Shown: positions 8,926 through 17,881 of the stretch, piece after piece
Layout of the letters: every line of letters begins with the position of its first letter
Numbering within the stretch: the stretch's first letter is position 1
Assembly (NCBI GenBank): GCA_964372485.1
Contig: CAYJQI010000001.1
Location: 523,714-587,713 of the forward strand
DNA from: an uncultured archaeon
GTDB taxonomy: Archaea > Aenigmatarchaeota > Aenigmatarchaeia > CG10238-14 > SCSR01
Direction: 5' to 3'
DNA length: 64,000 nt
Notes under the pieces: generated by a model
What the model was told of the DNA's origin: nothing
Databases searched by the model: none
What the model saw: only the letters and a program-made list of their open reading frames with translations
Program-made: the position numbers and the translations under genes

Positions 8926-9357
8926 ATGTCATATAAATTTCTTGAGGATGTAGCAATAGCAGATGTTGCGTTTGAGGCTAGTGGGAAAACTCTTAAAGAA
9001 TTATTTGAATCAGCAGGTCTAGCGGTTACAAATACCATGGTGAAAGATCTGAAATCTGTAAAACAAATTATTGAAAAAAAGATTGCAATTGAATCAGATA
9101 ATGTAGAGATGTTGCTTTTCAAATTTTTACAAGAAATAATTTTTTACAAGGATGCAAAAATGTTACTTTTCAATAAATTCGAATTAAATATATCCAATGA
9201 GAAGAAAAAATGGAAACTTTCTGGTAAATTGCATGGAGAAAAACTAAATATGAAAAAACATGAGCTTTTAGTTGATGTTAAAGCAGTTTCGCTTCATCAA
9301 TACAAAGTTGAAGAGACTAAAGAAGGATGGAAAGCTGATGTTATATTGGATGTTTGA
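8926..9357 (+). CDS. Archease (RtcB activator)
   Basis: From the internal Met: MSYKFLEDVAIADVAFEASGKTLKELFESAGLAV ... DVKAVSLHQYKVEETKEGWKADVILDV matches the archease N- and C-terminal consensus. The track ORF 8866 start overlaps the upstream gene, so I prefer 8926. Confidence 0.8.
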   Translation: MSYKFLEDVAIADVAFEASGKTLKELFESAGLAVTNTMVKDLKSVKQIIEKKIAIESDNVEMLLFKFLQEIIFYKDAKMLLFNKFELNISNEKKKWKLSGKLHGEKLNMKKHELLVDVKAVSLHQYKVEETKEGWKADVILDV

Positions 9358-10168
9358 GTTTCTCAAAGGTTTCTTTCATTTTCAAACTATCTATTTCCAA
9401 TAGAGGAGTTTCTGAAATTATTGTAATGCTAGTTTTCTTTTTAATTAATTCTTCTGCCAAAGGCTCAAATGGAGGATACTCGCTCATGGGTGTGTGGACA
9501 TCAACGAATTCTCCTTTCTTATTTTTGTCAACTCCTGTGAATTGAGAATTTATATGATCAAGTTTTAGTACATCTAATTTATTTAAAATTTCTTTGTAAT
9601 CTATTCTACCTTTGCCTCTCACATAAAGATGTCCCCAATCAAGATATGGGACTAGTTGTTTATTTTTCACTTCTTTACACATTTTTATTATTTCTTCTAA
9701 ACTTCCAAACTGACTTGATCTCCCCATAGTTTCCAAACCGAATTTTGCATTTTTAATTCCTCTTGATTTCATTTCGTCTAAAATTTCTAAAATATTTTCT
9801 TTCAACTTTTCATATGCCCGATCGGGTGTAAGACCAGAATAATATGCCGCATGCACTGCAATAGCATCTGCATTTAGAATCTCAGATATTTCCAAACTTT
9901 TCAATATTCTATTTTTCGATGCAGCTATAGTTTTCTCTTCCTTTGAACACAGATTAATAAAATATGGTGCATGGACAGACAATCTCACCCCAAATTCTTT
10001 TGCAGCTTCGCGAGTTTCAGCCGCAGTTTTATCATTTAAATAAATCGATCGTACAAATTCTATTTCCATCGCATTTAATCCAATCTCTGCAACTTTTTTT
10101 AATCCTTCCACTGTTGATGAACCTTTGGAAGATATAGGTAATCCTCCTGGTCCCAAGAAAATGTTCAT
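9341..10168 (-). CDS. nfo: Endonuclease IV-family AP endonuclease (xylose-isomerase-like TIM barrel)
   Basis: 275 aa. Ligand-bearing blocks are spaced as in Endo IV: HAPYFINL, AVHAAYY, GLETMG, LDWGHLY, VDVHTP, IISETP. Confidence 0.65.
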   Translation of the reverse strand: MNIFLGPGGLPISSKGSSTVEGLKKVAEIGLNAMEIEFVRSIYLNDKTAAETREAAKEFGVRLSVHAPYFINLCSKEEKTIAASKNRILKSLEISEILNADAIAVHAAYYSGLTPDRAYEKLKENILEILDEMKSRGIKNAKFGLETMGRSSQFGSLEEIIKMCKEVKNKQLVPYLDWGHLYVRGKGRIDYKEILNKLDVLKLDHINSQFTGVDKNKKGEFVDVHTPMSEYPPFEPLAEELIKKKTSITIISETPLLEIDSLKMKETFEKLKHPI

Positions 10169-10227
10169 AATAACTGTTTTCTTTCGTATAGATAATATTT
10201 AAGCCACCAAAAAGCGAATATTTATAA

Positions 10228-13104
10228 ATGAAATGGGCGGCTTATTTCTCTACTACACTCATGCTGCTTTCTATCTTATCCACCCCAATATCTTTTGCAC
10301 AAACTACTCCGGACTTTGATGAGACAGGTGGTGTTGCGCCAGACAGTTTTTGGTATACTTTCGATACTCTTTGGGATGATACAAGAATAGCCTTTACATT
10401 TGATGCTGAAAGTAAAGCACAATTAACAGCCGAAGTTTCTCTAGAAAGATTAGCTGAGATGCAGGCAATGATGGACTCGTCTAATTATGATGCAGTTGCA
10501 CGTGCGGCAGCTGAAAGTCAAGATTATTTGCAAGCATTGCAATCTCGTATAAATTCCATAACGGATACGAATCCTGAAGTTATTGCACAGATTGAACAAG
10601 CTATCGTGTACAATAATGCGTTCGCTGATAGTTTGCACGAACAAATACAGCAAAAGGTTGAATCAGGTGAAATAACACAAGATGTTGCGACTGATATTTC
10701 TATTGATACTGTGCAGGAATTAACAGTTGACGCGGGATCAACTTTCACAGACCATGAAGAAGAACTAATATCTGAATATGCAGCAGAGCAAGGAATTCCT
10801 GTTATCGAAGCAGAAATAATTTATAAAAACGCTGAAGATACAGTCGGTTTGACAGATGTAAAACAAACTGAAGTTACTGAAGAATTGACGCAAGCTGTAG
10901 AAACTATAGAAACACTTGAAGATGAATATTATGCCTTACCAGAAGATTCAGAAGAAAGAGTGCCATTAGCCAATATGATAGAAGATGCCAAACTTGATTT
11001 GCAGGTAGCAGAAACTGCATTCAAAGCTGAGGATTATGATGAGTCATTCCAGCAATTAGTTGAAGCGCAGGATGTTATTTTCACAGCAGAAGGTTATCTA
11101 GATCAGAGTCTGCCTCCAGAAGAAATTCAGCAGGTTGAAACACATTGGGCCACTTTTGATGCAATTCAAAATGAAGTAGTCGAGGAAAATGAAAGATTCG
11201 CGACAGAATTTGCACAATACAAAGATGAACTTGCGCAGAAATATCCTGACAAGATAGAAGCTCTTGAAAAATTATTTGAACATGCTGATAAGGTTCGTGA
11301 GCTTGCAACAGCACTTTCTGACGACTATTCACAGGAATTTGAGAAATTAGTTGCAGAAGGAAGAAGCAATGTGGAAGCAACTGAAATTTTGACTGCACGA
11401 TTTGCAGACGAATATAGGAAAGCATATGGTGAAGAATTCGTTCCTCCAGGATTTGTTGTAAACGGTGAACATGAATATGATCCAACTGCTCCAGAGAAAT
11501 TTGGCGAGAAGAAGATAGAAGCTTCTGCAGGAGGAGGATTTGTTGTAGGAACTCAATACACCGATCCAGTATCAGGTTACAAGTATGAGTTTACTGAAAC
11601 AGGATGGAGATATACAACACCATCTGGACAGGCTTATGAAAAAACATATCCAGACGGTTATGTCCCACCAAAGGCGTACGAGAAAGGAAATGAAATGTAT
11701 AATTATAAGATTGACACCCCACAAGGAGTGGTGGAGTATGTTTATACAGCAACTGGTTACGAAGTAGTTCAGCCTGATGGTAAACGAGAAGCATTCGCAT
11801 ATTCTCCTGGACAGTACAAATTACCTGATGGAAGAGCGGTTGAGTACAAACCAACAGGATATGAAATAAAATCAGGCAATACTGTCCAAGCGAAATATGA
11901 TTACAATCCAGAATTCAACACTTACATCGCAACGGACGGATCAATATACAAACCTCCAGAAGGAGCATACTACCACAACAATGTTAATTATGATACTGCA
12001 CAGAAATCATATAACTATGCATATGGAACTGACACTTGGACATACGATCCAACAGCCGGGAGTTGGAAATCTTCTACAGGTGAAACTTACAAACCAGAAG
12101 CCCGGGTAGTTGCACCAGTTGGATATGAATCCCAGCAAAGTTATACTTCACAATCAGGAAATACATGGACTTATGATGCTTCAACTGGATGGACTTCATC
12201 AAAAGGAGAAGTTTACAATCCAACGAGCGGTCAGTTCAAATCTTCTACAGGTGCTACATCAACAGTTAATTATGATTACAGGCAGCCAGAGTATACGTTT
12301 AACGCACAGACAAGGGAGTATATATATGAAACTCATACTGAGACGGGAACAGGTGCATGGATATATGATCCTACTGCAGGATCATGGACGTCATCAACAG
12401 GACAGACTGTAACAGGAGGATATATACCACCTACAGATTACCCAACTCCAGCTTATCCTTCGCCATCAATTACTACTTATCAGACTCCAACATACATTAC
12501 GCCATTCTTTACTTACCCAACACCATACTATACCTATCCTTCACCATCATATCCATATCCTACACCTGGAACTTATTTGACGCCTTATAGTTATCCAACT
12601 CCTTCATCCTATACATATCCTAGTCCATACACGTATCCTACCCCTGGAGAGAGTTATTCTTATCCTACACCAACAACGTATGCGACGCCATCCTATTCAT
12701 ATCCTACTCCCGGAACATCATACGCTACCCCAGGCTATTCATACCCAACTCCTGGATATAGTTATCCAACGCCTTCATACCCAACCCCGTCATACAGTTA
12801 TCCTACTCCAGGATATGCCTACCCATCACCAAGTTCATATTCATACCCATCGCCTTCTTACGCCTATCCAACTCCTTCATATGCTACTCCTTATGATACA
12901 CCATACGGAACACCTTATGGTACACCAGATTCCTATTCTAGTCCATACGGTTCACCTTATGCATCACCATATGCTAGTCCATATTCAACTCCGACAGGCG
13001 GATTCGTTCTCGTCGACATTCCGAATTACATCAGGACAATTTTAGAAAATGCAGGTTTTACTTGCGTCCAAGATTCAGACGGATTGTGGAACTGCGAATA
13101 TTAA
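10228..13104 (+). CDS. Large secreted protein: signal peptide, acidic helical region, W-x-YD-x3-G-(x)-W-x-SS-x-G repeats, Tyr/Pro/Thr/Ser low-complexity tail
   Basis: 958 aa. N-terminus MKWAAYFSTTLMLLSILSTPISFAQ looks like a signal peptide. Three repeats: TWTYDPTAGSWKSSTG, TWTYDASTGWTSSKG, AWIYDPTAGSWTSSTG. The tail is annotated separately. Confidence 0.8.
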   Translation: MKWAAYFSTTLMLLSILSTPISFAQTTPDFDETGGVAPDSFWYTFDTLWDDTRIAFTFDAESKAQLTAEVSLERLAEMQAMMDSSNYDAVARAAAESQDYLQALQSRINSITDTNPEVIAQIEQAIVYNNAFADSLHEQIQQKVESGEITQDVATDISIDTVQELTVDAGSTFTDHEEELISEYAAEQGIPVIEAEIIYKNAEDTVGLTDVKQTEVTEELTQAVETIETLEDEYYALPEDSEERVPLANMIEDAKLDLQVAETAFKAEDYDESFQQLVEAQDVIFTAEGYLDQSLPPEEIQQVETHWATFDAIQNEVVEENERFATEFAQYKDELAQKYPDKIEALEKLFEHADKVRELATALSDDYSQEFEKLVAEGRSNVEATEILTARFADEYRKAYGEEFVPPGFVVNGEHEYDPTAPEKFGEKKIEASAGGGFVVGTQYTDPVSGYKYEFTETGWRYTTPSGQAYEKTYPDGYVPPKAYEKGNEMYNYKIDTPQGVVEYVYTATGYEVVQPDGKREAFAYSPGQYKLPDGRAVEYKPTGYEIKSGNTVQAKYDYNPEFNTYIATDGSIYKPPEGAYYHNNVNYDTAQKSYNYAYGTDTWTYDPTAGSWKSSTGETYKPEARVVAPVGYESQQSYTSQSGNTWTYDASTGWTSSKGEVYNPTSGQFKSSTGATSTVNYDYRQPEYTFNAQTREYIYETHTETGTGAWIYDPTAGSWTSSTGQTVTGGYIPPTDYPTPAYPSPSITTYQTPTYITPFFTYPTPYYTYPSPSYPYPTPGTYLTPYSYPTPSSYTYPSPYTYPTPGESYSYPTPTTYATPSYSYPTPGTSYATPGYSYPTPGYSYPTPSYPTPSYSYPTPGYAYPSPSSYSYPSPSYAYPTPSYATPYDTPYGTPYGTPDSYSSPYGSPYASPYASPYSTPTGGFVLVDIPNYIRTILENAGFTCVQDSDGLWNCEY
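12421..12996 (+). repeat. Coding low-complexity region: degenerate (S)YPTP(G/S)Y / YSYPTPG-type repeats (~190 aa)
   Basis: Translation is almost entirely Y, P, T, S, G, A, for example PSYSYPTPGTSYATPGYSYPTPGYSYPTPSYPTPSYSYPTPGYAYPSPSSYSYPSPSYAYPTPSY. Confidence 0.85.
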
Positions 13105-13136
13105 ATTGATTTAATTCCAAGCATATTACAGTAATT

Positions 13137-15554
13137 ATGTTATCCACCTGGTATGGTCGATTTTCTTTCTTAGCTTTAATCACTTTTTTGCTTCTTGTCA
13201 ATGTCGCAATTGGTCATGATGATCATGTTGTCGTTGATGTGACAGATGATGGGTTCTCACTCGAATCGGTAAAAATAAAAATCGGCGAGGAAGTTACATG
13301 GATCAACAAAGGAAATTCTCCACGTTGGCCAGCAAGTGATATACATCCAACACACACACTTTATCCAGGATCGGACATTACTAAATGTGGTAAAGAACAG
13401 AATTTGTTGGATTCCTGCGGTTCATTGAAATCGGGACAAGAGTTCACATTCACTTTCAGTCAAAAAGGAAAATGGGGAATTCATGATCATTTGAGTCCTG
13501 GACATACGATGTATATTGAAGTTGTAGATGATGAGGAAAAATCTTTCAATCTGTTTTCAATTTTAAGGAAATTACTCAGTTTCATTACAGGATTCTTTGC
13601 AAAAACTTCTGTCTATGTGCCTGAAATAAATGAATTCCGTTTGATGGGGTATGTTGATCAGAAAAATATCATAAAAGAAATCAGTGCAAGTGATCCTGCG
13701 AAAGCATGGGGGTATTTGAAATCTGCATATACTGTTGACGGACAAATTAAAGAAAATCCTCATGAATTATCACACATAGTCGGCAATGCACTTTATACCA
13801 AGAATGGATTGGATGGGATATCAGTTTGTGATCCTGCTTTTGCATTCGGTTGTTATCATGGTGTGGCTGAAGAGATGCTATCTGATGTAGGAGTGGACGG
13901 TATATCCGAAATCGAAGATTCATGCTACAAATTCTTTTCTAAAGATACCGCGCTTGCAGCAAGCTGTATTCATGGAATTGGTCATGGACTAGCAACATGG
14001 GAATCGTTGGATGTAGCAAAAGCCCTCAATGATTGTGATGTTCTTGCATCTAACAACAGAATTTATTGTTATGACGGAGTTTTCATGGAATATAGTTTTG
14101 GTGCAGTTGCAACTGATGACGAGTGGAAATTCTGTGGAAGTTTGGATGAAAAATATCAATCAATGTGCGCAAAATATCACGTCTACATTTATGGAAGAAA
14201 CAATGGATGGAATTTCTCAGAACTAGGAGAATCATGCGATAACGCACCTAATGAAATATTGCGAAGTAATTGTTTGTCTGGTCTAGGATTCTCTGTTGCA
14301 AATGCTGCACAAGGTAATCCCGATAAAATAAATGAAATTTGTTCAACAATTCAATCAGATGGAAAATACACGTGCATTACATTTGCCGCAGTGGAAACTA
14401 TTTTCCAAGCATATTCAAATTGGTACACTTCATTCGTTGTTTTGTGTAACAGCCTTCCGTCGGAATGGAAAGAAAACTGCATGCAACGAACAACTGAAAC
14501 GATAACTGCATACAATAGAAAGATTGAATATCCGGAAGAGATACAAAAAATAAAAGCGACTGAAAATTTAGATGAGCAGGCTCTACATTACAAAGAATTG
14601 ATAGAACGAGTTGGACCAGAGCAGGCACAAGAAGATCTTTACAGGTCCGGCATGCCATTCACAGGGCAAACTCATCTTTTGAATCATGTTGTTGGTGATT
14701 ATTTGTATGAAAAGTACGGTGCGACAGGGCTTGTGTATTGCAAAGATTACTTCTTGGCATCATGTTATCATGGTGTGATTTTGCATGCGATAGGCGATTA
14801 CGGAATTGATGGTATGGATGAAGTTATCAATGAATGTAAGAAGTTCGGAATAACTGTGACTGCACAATGTTCGCATGCACTTGGACATGGCTTCTTGACA
14901 TGGACGGGATATGAAAAACTTGATCAGGCTCCATATCTTTGCGATGACATTAGCAAGAAAGTGGATGGATTTCCTGTCTTCAATTGTTTGGATGGAGTTT
15001 TCATGGAAAATATTTGGGGAGTGCATGAAGGTAAACCTTCTGAGAAAAGATGGGTGAATGAAAGTGATCCTTTCTATCCTTGTAATGATTCGAGAATAAA
15101 CCCAAATCATCTGAGTGGATGCTGGGCAAATCAACCATCGTTAATGTACCAAATGTTTAAGGGAGATCTTGCAAAAGTTGGTGAATATTGTTTGAAAGTT
15201 GAGAATTCTTCATTGAAGACAGTTTGTTTCAATGCATTGGCGCGTCAAATACACCCATTAACAAAAGGAGATGTGAATTCTACATTTCAATTGTGTAATC
15301 TTTTGCCTTCAGAGTGGGTCAATTACTGTTTGACAACAATAGTATTGTCAGATTTTTCAGTGGGCGGAAGAGATCTGTCGTACAAAATTTGTGAGAAAAT
15401 AGATGATATAGAAAAAAGTAATTGTTATGCTAGTCTTTTCGGAGTAATTGGAACTTATGCAAAATCTTTTGAAGAATACAATAATTGGTGTCTGAAAATT
15501 TCAGATGTAAAATGGCAGAATACATGTATGAGTTTTAAAAGTAAATCACTTTAG
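13137..15554 (+). CDS. Secreted protein: cupredoxin-like N-domain plus two copies of a Cys/His-rich module (HExxH, CYHG, CxHGxGH, GVFME)
   Basis: 805 aa with a signal/TM segment FSFLALITFLLLVNVAIG. N-domain: EEVTWINKGNSPRWPASDIHPTH ... IHDHLSPGHTMYIEV. Module motifs occur twice: CYHGVAEE/CYHGVILH, CIHGIGHG/CSHALGHG, CYDGVFMEY/CLDGVFMEN. Starts 32 nt after the upstream gene. Confidence 0.8.
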   Translation: MLSTWYGRFSFLALITFLLLVNVAIGHDDHVVVDVTDDGFSLESVKIKIGEEVTWINKGNSPRWPASDIHPTHTLYPGSDITKCGKEQNLLDSCGSLKSGQEFTFTFSQKGKWGIHDHLSPGHTMYIEVVDDEEKSFNLFSILRKLLSFITGFFAKTSVYVPEINEFRLMGYVDQKNIIKEISASDPAKAWGYLKSAYTVDGQIKENPHELSHIVGNALYTKNGLDGISVCDPAFAFGCYHGVAEEMLSDVGVDGISEIEDSCYKFFSKDTALAASCIHGIGHGLATWESLDVAKALNDCDVLASNNRIYCYDGVFMEYSFGAVATDDEWKFCGSLDEKYQSMCAKYHVYIYGRNNGWNFSELGESCDNAPNEILRSNCLSGLGFSVANAAQGNPDKINEICSTIQSDGKYTCITFAAVETIFQAYSNWYTSFVVLCNSLPSEWKENCMQRTTETITAYNRKIEYPEEIQKIKATENLDEQALHYKELIERVGPEQAQEDLYRSGMPFTGQTHLLNHVVGDYLYEKYGATGLVYCKDYFLASCYHGVILHAIGDYGIDGMDEVINECKKFGITVTAQCSHALGHGFLTWTGYEKLDQAPYLCDDISKKVDGFPVFNCLDGVFMENIWGVHEGKPSEKRWVNESDPFYPCNDSRINPNHLSGCWANQPSLMYQMFKGDLAKVGEYCLKVENSSLKTVCFNALARQIHPLTKGDVNSTFQLCNLLPSEWVNYCLTTIVLSDFSVGGRDLSYKICEKIDDIEKSNCYASLFGVIGTYAKSFEEYNNWCLKISDVKWQNTCMSFKSKSL

Positions 15555-17261
15555 ACTTTTCAGAAAATCTTTTGAATTTTGTGTGTTAATAATATTCTTT
15601 GCTTCAGCCCATCCTCTTCTAGCTTGCGCTATTCCAAATTCAAGATAATGTATTTGATTTCTGTTATGTGCATCAGAATCAATTACTAACTTTGCTCCAT
15701 TCTCTACAGCCATCTTTATGTGATCATCTTTCAAGTCCAATCTATCTGGAAATGCATTCACTTCGAGAATTGTATTTGTTTGTTTTGCCGTATCAATTAT
15801 TTCTCCAATATCTACATCATATGGTTCTCGTGCGTGTATCTGTCTACCTGTTGGGTGAAATAAAATATCAACATTTTCATTTTCCATAGCTTCTATTATT
15901 CTATTTGTCTGTTCAGCTCTCGGAAGATTGAAATTAGAATGAACTGATATACCCACAACATCCAATTGAGCAAGAACTTTATTGGATATATCCAACTTAC
16001 CATCTTTCAAGATATTTACTTCGGCACCAGACAAAATTTGAATTCCATTCAATTCTTTATTTACTTTTTCAATTTCCTTTTTTTGTTGTAATAATTTCTT
16101 TTCATCTAGTCCGCCAGTAAAAGCTAAACTTTTCGTATGATCCGTAATTGCAATATATTGTAGTCCTAATTTCTTCGCTTCTTCTGCCATTTCCTTTATA
16201 GAATTTGTTCCATCGGTCCATTTTGTTTGCATCTGCAAATCACCTTTCAAAGAATTATATTCTATCAGGCGTGGTAATTTGTTTTTCATCGCCATATCTA
16301 TTTCTCCAGTATTTTCTCTCATTTCAGGCGGTATCCATTTCATTCCAAGTTTTTCATAAACATCCTCTTCAGTCTTCCCAGCAATTTGTCCACCTTTATT
16401 ATCAAATATCCCATACTCACTCAATTTCCAACCTTTAGAAATAGCAATCTTTCTCAACGTGACATTGTGATCTTTGTTTCCTGTGAAATATTGCAAAGCT
16501 GCCCCATAACTTTCTTCAGGCACTACTCGAAGATCTACATCAAGACCAATCTTTAATCTTACCATCGATCTGGTTGGACCTTTGCTGTAAACATTGACAA
16601 CATCCGGCATTGATGTAAAAAAATCCATAACTTTCTGTGGTTTGTTGGAAGTTGCAAGAAAATCCGCATCACCAATGGTTTCTTTCATTCGTCGAGTACT
16701 TCCACCAATAACTACTCTCTTAACTTCAGGAAGTTTTTCTAACTGTCTCTGAATATCTCTGAGAATTGGTAGAGCATACCCTATTAGAAATCTTCCTTGC
16801 CCTTTTTTGAAGAATTCTATTCCTTTCAGAATTTTTTCTTCACTTTTTTCACCAAATCCTTCAAGTTCTCTTATTTTGTGTGTCTTTGCAGCTTTCTCAA
16901 GATCTTCAACGGTTTTGATTTTCAAATTTTTATAAAGTATTTTCACTCTTTTAGGCCCAACGCTTTCTATGGATGTTAAACCTTCTACATCGACAGGAAT
17001 TTTCTTTTTCAACTCTTCATAATATTTCAATTTCCCAGTCAATATCAGCTCTTCAATCTTCAGTGCTATATTTTCTCCAACACCCGGTATTTCCATCAGT
17101 GATTTAATATCGCCTTTTTTGTAAATTTCTGAAATATCTTCTGTTAATGCTTCTATAGAACGTGCTGCCTTTTCATATGCTCTAGGTTTGAAAAATTCAC
17201 CTTCCATTTCTAAATAAACTGCGATGTTATAGAGAATTTTGGCGATTTCGAAGTTTTTCAT
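15546..17261 (-). CDS. polX: Family X DNA polymerase with C-terminal PHP domain (PolX)
   Basis: 571 aa. N-terminal HhH region FEIAKILYNIAVYLEMEG..FKPRAYEKAARSIE, pol-beta nucleotidyltransferase block GGSTRRMKETIGDADFLA, and PHP motifs ITDHTKS and DSDAHN. Confidence 0.85.
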   Translation of the reverse strand: MKNFEIAKILYNIAVYLEMEGEFFKPRAYEKAARSIEALTEDISEIYKKGDIKSLMEIPGVGENIALKIEELILTGKLKYYEELKKKIPVDVEGLTSIESVGPKRVKILYKNLKIKTVEDLEKAAKTHKIRELEGFGEKSEEKILKGIEFFKKGQGRFLIGYALPILRDIQRQLEKLPEVKRVVIGGSTRRMKETIGDADFLATSNKPQKVMDFFTSMPDVVNVYSKGPTRSMVRLKIGLDVDLRVVPEESYGAALQYFTGNKDHNVTLRKIAISKGWKLSEYGIFDNKGGQIAGKTEEDVYEKLGMKWIPPEMRENTGEIDMAMKNKLPRLIEYNSLKGDLQMQTKWTDGTNSIKEMAEEAKKLGLQYIAITDHTKSLAFTGGLDEKKLLQQKKEIEKVNKELNGIQILSGAEVNILKDGKLDISNKVLAQLDVVGISVHSNFNLPRAEQTNRIIEAMENENVDILFHPTGRQIHAREPYDVDIGEIIDTAKQTNTILEVNAFPDRLDLKDDHIKMAVENGAKLVIDSDAHNRNQIHYLEFGIAQARRGWAEAKNIINTQNSKDFLKSLK

Positions 17262-17281
17262 AATAAAAATTATCTCAGTAG

Positions 17282-17881
17282 TTATATCTTTTTGATTCTT
17301 TCAAGAAGTGCATTTTTTTCTTTTCTGTTTGTATAGGTTTTTCCGAAAACAACTAGAATACTATTAACTTTCATCCAGTACTTTTCCGGAAATAGTTTCT
17401 TCAAATCTTCCTCAATCTTTGCAGGTTCTTTATTCCTTGTCCATCCTAATCTCTGTGAAATGAATGCAACATGTGTATCGACTGCCAGAGAATTTCTGCC
17501 CATCGCGATTAGAAAAACATTTGCAGTTTTTCTTCCAACACCAGGAAGTTCAAGCAATTTATCAAAATCTAACGGTGGTTTACCATTATAATTCTTTACA
17601 AGAATCTTTGCACAATTTTTGATATTTTTTGATTTGGTTTTATAAAAATTGATTGGTCGTATTATTTTTTGGACATCTTTTATATTCGCATTTGCGAGAG
17701 ATTTTGATGTACGATAAATTTTGAATAACGAATTTGCAGTTGGTATTGTTACTTCATCTCTTGTTCGTGCAGATAATATTGTTGATATTAAAGTTTGCCA
17801 TGGTTCAGTCCATTCTTCAGCAGCTAGTCGCATGGGAGACCCCATCCTTTCCAATTCTTTCAATTGCTCCAAAACTTTCAT
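17282..17881 (-). CDS. nth: Endonuclease III-like HhH-GPD DNA glycosylase lacking the Fe-S cluster cysteines
   Basis: 199 aa with LELPGVGRKTANVFL (HhH-GPD) followed by AVDTHV. There is only one Cys in the whole protein and no C-terminal Cx6Cx2Cx5C. Confidence 0.75.
   Translation of the reverse strand: MKVLEQLKELERMGSPMRLAAEEWTEPWQTLISTILSARTRDEVTIPTANSLFKIYRTSKSLANANIKDVQKIIRPINFYKTKSKNIKNCAKILVKNYNGKPPLDFDKLLELPGVGRKTANVFLIAMGRNSLAVDTHVAFISQRLGWTRNKEPAKIEEDLKKLFPEKYWMKVNSILVVFGKTYTNRKEKNALLERIKKI

Noticed and set aside
12421-12996. Tandem DNA repeat or CRISPR-like array
   Set aside because: The periodicity is at the codon and peptide level inside one long ORF, with synonymous variation. 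There are no spacer-repeat units of CRISPR size anywhere in the window.
10450-13045. Many 60-134-aa ORFs on both strands inside the 958-aa gene (for example 11081-11485, 12110-12412, 12680-13045)
   Set aside because: All are nested in one continuous 2.9-kb ORF that has a signal peptide. Their odd compositions (His/Leu/Gln-rich) are what off-frame readings of the Tyr/Pro/Thr repeats would produce.
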